IMG/VR virus record: IMGVR_UViG_3300034161_000018
Span: 96,001-160,000 of that record
Length of the DNA: 64,000 nt
From: a virus
Taxonomy: Duplodnaviria; Caudoviricetes
Reading direction: 5' to 3' (one strand)
The first letter of the stretch is position 1, and each line of letters opens with the position of its first letter. The notes under the pieces are model-generated. The model worked only from the letters and a program-made list of their open reading frames with translations, was not told the DNA's origin and searched no databases. Below are positions 61,876 through 64,000 of the stretch, piece by piece. Made by a program: the position numbers and the translations under genes.

Positions 61876-63867
61876 GTGGCTAAGGCAAAAGCAACCGAAG
61901 AAAAAGTGTCGAAGTCGAAAGCGAAGAAGTACGACGAAGACAGCATCGAGGCGCTAAAATTTCCGGAAAACGTTCGGAAAAAATCTGGCATGTACCTCGG
62001 CGAGAAAGGGCCAGAAATGGTTCGACGCTCGCTCAAAGAATTGACGGACAACGCAATCGACGAAGCGCTGGCCGGTCGCAACAACTATGTGGAAACCGTA
62101 ATCAACCACGCCAAAAACGAATACATCGTTGCGGACGCTGGCGCCGGTGTTCCGGTCGGTATGCACAAAACCGAAAAAGTTCCAACGATTGAACTGGTGT
62201 TTGCGGCCCTGCATGCTGGCGGGAAGTTTGACGACAACGCATACAAAACTTCCTCCGGTACTCACGGCCTCGGTGCAGCATGCACAAACGCAACATCCGA
62301 ATATTTCGCAGTGTGGACAAAGCGCGACGGCGTATGGTACAGCATTGTTTGGCAGGAGGGTCTGCGGACTCAGAAGCTGAAAGAAGTGAAGGCGCCGCCG
62401 AAAGAAATCATGGAGCGTCTGCAACGGAAAGCGAAAGATTACGGGACGATCATTCTGTTCCGACCGGATCAGAAAGTTGTGAGTGCCGATGCGAAGTTTC
62501 CGAAACCTTTGTCGAAAGGCGCAGCGGTTGCCCTGCTTGACGTAAAAACCTACGTCAACTGGACGCGGATGATTGCGCTGTTGAACGTCAACCTCGAAAT
62601 GGTCACGACGTTTGAAGACAAAAACAAAACCGTTCGCTTCCACAACAAAAAAGGTTTGGAGGCGGTGGTCGAACACGTCCTCAAACAAAACGAACTGGAT
62701 GCGAAAGGCAAACCGTTCATTCTGCAAACTGGCAGTCTCGACATTGCAGTGCAGTGGTCGAACTATGAAGAACTCGATCATCTGAAATCGTATGTGAACT
62801 GCGGCCTGACTCGCGACGGCGGCAAACACCTCGACGGTTTCCGGAACGCATTGGGCCGGGCGATCAACAAACACAAAGGCAAATCCGACAAGTTCTCCAC
62901 CGTCGATTGCATGTACGGTTTGATCGGTGTCATCAACTACAAAATGTCCGGCGCAGAATTCAGCAGCCAGACCAAAGACCGCCTTACTTCCAACGTGTCG
63001 AAAGATGTTGAAGAAGTTGTGGTCAAAGCTTTTGAAGAATTCTTCGACAAAAACAAAACGCTGGTCAAGACGATCATCAAACAGGCCAACGCAATCGGCA
63101 AAGGCCGTGAGAGTTTGGCGAAAGCAATGAAGGCAATCGCTGGCGCCAAGAAAGGTGGCCGGTCGAACGCCACGCCTGACTGCCTGATTTCGTCGGAAAC
63201 CAAAAACCCCGAAGAACGCGAAATGTTCGTGGTGGAAGGGGACTCGGCGGCGGGCCAGTCGAAGATTGCGCGCTTCCCAATGTACCAAGAGATTTTCAAA
63301 CTGACCGGTAAGCCAGCCAACGCAACTTGTTTGCCGCTGCCGAAAGTTTTGGAAATGAAGGCGTTGCAAAACCTGATTATCGCGCTCGGCATCAACCCGA
63401 ACTCGATGGACTTGTCCAAAGAGGATATGTCGAAAATGACATTCAGTGCGAAAGACCTTCGCATTGGTTCTCTCTTTGTTCTGGCGGACGCCGACGTTGA
63501 CGGAAAGCACATCACTTGTTTGACGCTCGCTCTGATCTGGCGCATGTGTCCAGACCTGATCCGAAACGGCAAAGTGTTTATCGTTGACGCCCCGCTGTTC
63601 AACATTTTCTGGAACAACAAACGTTACTTCGGCCCGACGCACGAAGCAGTTGCCGCACAGCTTCCGAAAGGCGCACCGACCAATATGATTTCCCGCGCCA
63701 AAGGTTGGGGTGAAATCAGCGCGGATATGTTGCGCTACGTTGCGTTCGATCCGAAAACTCGCCGCGTGCTGCGCGTCATGCCGCCAAAGACTGCGGACTC
63801 GGAAGAATATTTCCGTTCCCTGATGGGCGAGCAAGCGTCTGTCCGTCGCGAACTGTTGGGCCTCTGA
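61876..63867 (+). CDS. gyrB: Type IIA topoisomerase / DNA gyrase subunit B (GTG start 61876)
   Basis: GMYLG, ELTDNAIDE, DAGAGVP, LHAGGKF, GTHGLG, EGDSA, DADVDGKHI, KGWGE. SD GGAG 8 nt upstream. Confidence 0.95.
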   Translation: MAKAKATEEKVSKSKAKKYDEDSIEALKFPENVRKKSGMYLGEKGPEMVRRSLKELTDNAIDEALAGRNNYVETVINHAKNEYIVADAGAGVPVGMHKTEKVPTIELVFAALHAGGKFDDNAYKTSSGTHGLGAACTNATSEYFAVWTKRDGVWYSIVWQEGLRTQKLKEVKAPPKEIMERLQRKAKDYGTIILFRPDQKVVSADAKFPKPLSKGAAVALLDVKTYVNWTRMIALLNVNLEMVTTFEDKNKTVRFHNKKGLEAVVEHVLKQNELDAKGKPFILQTGSLDIAVQWSNYEELDHLKSYVNCGLTRDGGKHLDGFRNALGRAINKHKGKSDKFSTVDCMYGLIGVINYKMSGAEFSSQTKDRLTSNVSKDVEEVVVKAFEEFFDKNKTLVKTIIKQANAIGKGRESLAKAMKAIAGAKKGGRSNATPDCLISSETKNPEEREMFVVEGDSAAGQSKIARFPMYQEIFKLTGKPANATCLPLPKVLEMKALQNLIIALGINPNSMDLSKEDMSKMTFSAKDLRIGSLFVLADADVDGKHITCLTLALIWRMCPDLIRNGKVFIVDAPLFNIFWNNKRYFGPTHEAVAAQLPKGAPTNMISRAKGWGEISADMLRYVAFDPKTRRVLRVMPPKTADSEEYFRSLMGEQASVRRELLGL

Positions 63868-63873
63868 AAATAA

Positions 63874-64000
63874 ATGGCCTACGTGTCCGGAACGTGTAGC
63901 GTCATTAAGCAAAAGGGAATCGTGGGTCTGGCTGAACACGGTTCCTCTTTTCTTTCTGGCAAGCAAACAATTCAAACGCCAAACGGTTTCGTGAAAGCCG
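63874..64000 (+). CDS. ORF start with Hint-like N-terminus, truncated by the window edge
   Basis: My translation, open to the end: MAYVSGTCSVIKQKGIVGLAEHGSSFLSGKQTIQTPNGFVKA. Confidence 0.5.
   Translation, partial: MAYVSGTCSVIKQKGIVGLAEHGSSFLSGKQTIQTPNGFVKA

Larger units (their letters stand above)
1..64000. mobile_element. Jumbo myovirus genome segment (whole window)
   Basis: Tail sheath and virion genes are mixed with phage-type replication genes. Packing is tight with ATGA/TAATG overlaps, most ORFs are hypothetical, and no host housekeeping operons are present. Confidence 0.95.

Noticed and set aside
1-64000. tRNA, rRNA, group I/II introns, inteins in polymerase/RNR/helicase/GyrB
   Set aside because: No cloverleaf or T-psi-C pattern was noticed in the few gaps, and these enzymes are continuous without Hint blocks or LAGLIDADG inserts.

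Overview
A gene-dense segment (about 50% GC) of a large contractile-tailed (myovirus-type) jumbo phage genome. No tRNA, rRNA or CRISPR array was seen, and no RNA polymerase or phage-nucleus genes lie in this window. Virion genes (tail sheath, two paralogous tail-associated proteins, probable neck/head-closure proteins) are interleaved with a bacterial-style replication and repair set. That set comprises a family A DNA polymerase with an N-terminal UDG-like domain, a beta-clamp-like protein, a gamma/tau clamp loader, a DnaG-type primase, GyrB, SbcC and SbcD, RuvC, a UvsW-like helicase, a Cas4-like exonuclease and a class II ribonucleotide reductase. From memory this content resembles Lu11/PaBG/Y3-like jumbo phages; I did not run a search. 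The best candidate for a new system is a TnpB-fold protein with all three RuvC catalytic positions apparently lost and no transposase (51366-52469), next to a roughly 720-nt hairpin-rich non-coding region. Together they could be a phage-domesticated RNA-guided DNA-binding module. Other signals: a 10-bp motif (AAACTGTAAA) in sense orientation upstream of six genes, mostly replication genes; a shared N-terminal LSLAA-like motif on putative head-packaged proteins; a 426-aa histone H1-like protein; a small Acb2/Tad1-like sponge candidate; a 1992-aa SNF2-domain protein; a four-wHTH protein; and a Hint-like ORF cut by the window edge. All assignments come from motif recognition by eye.
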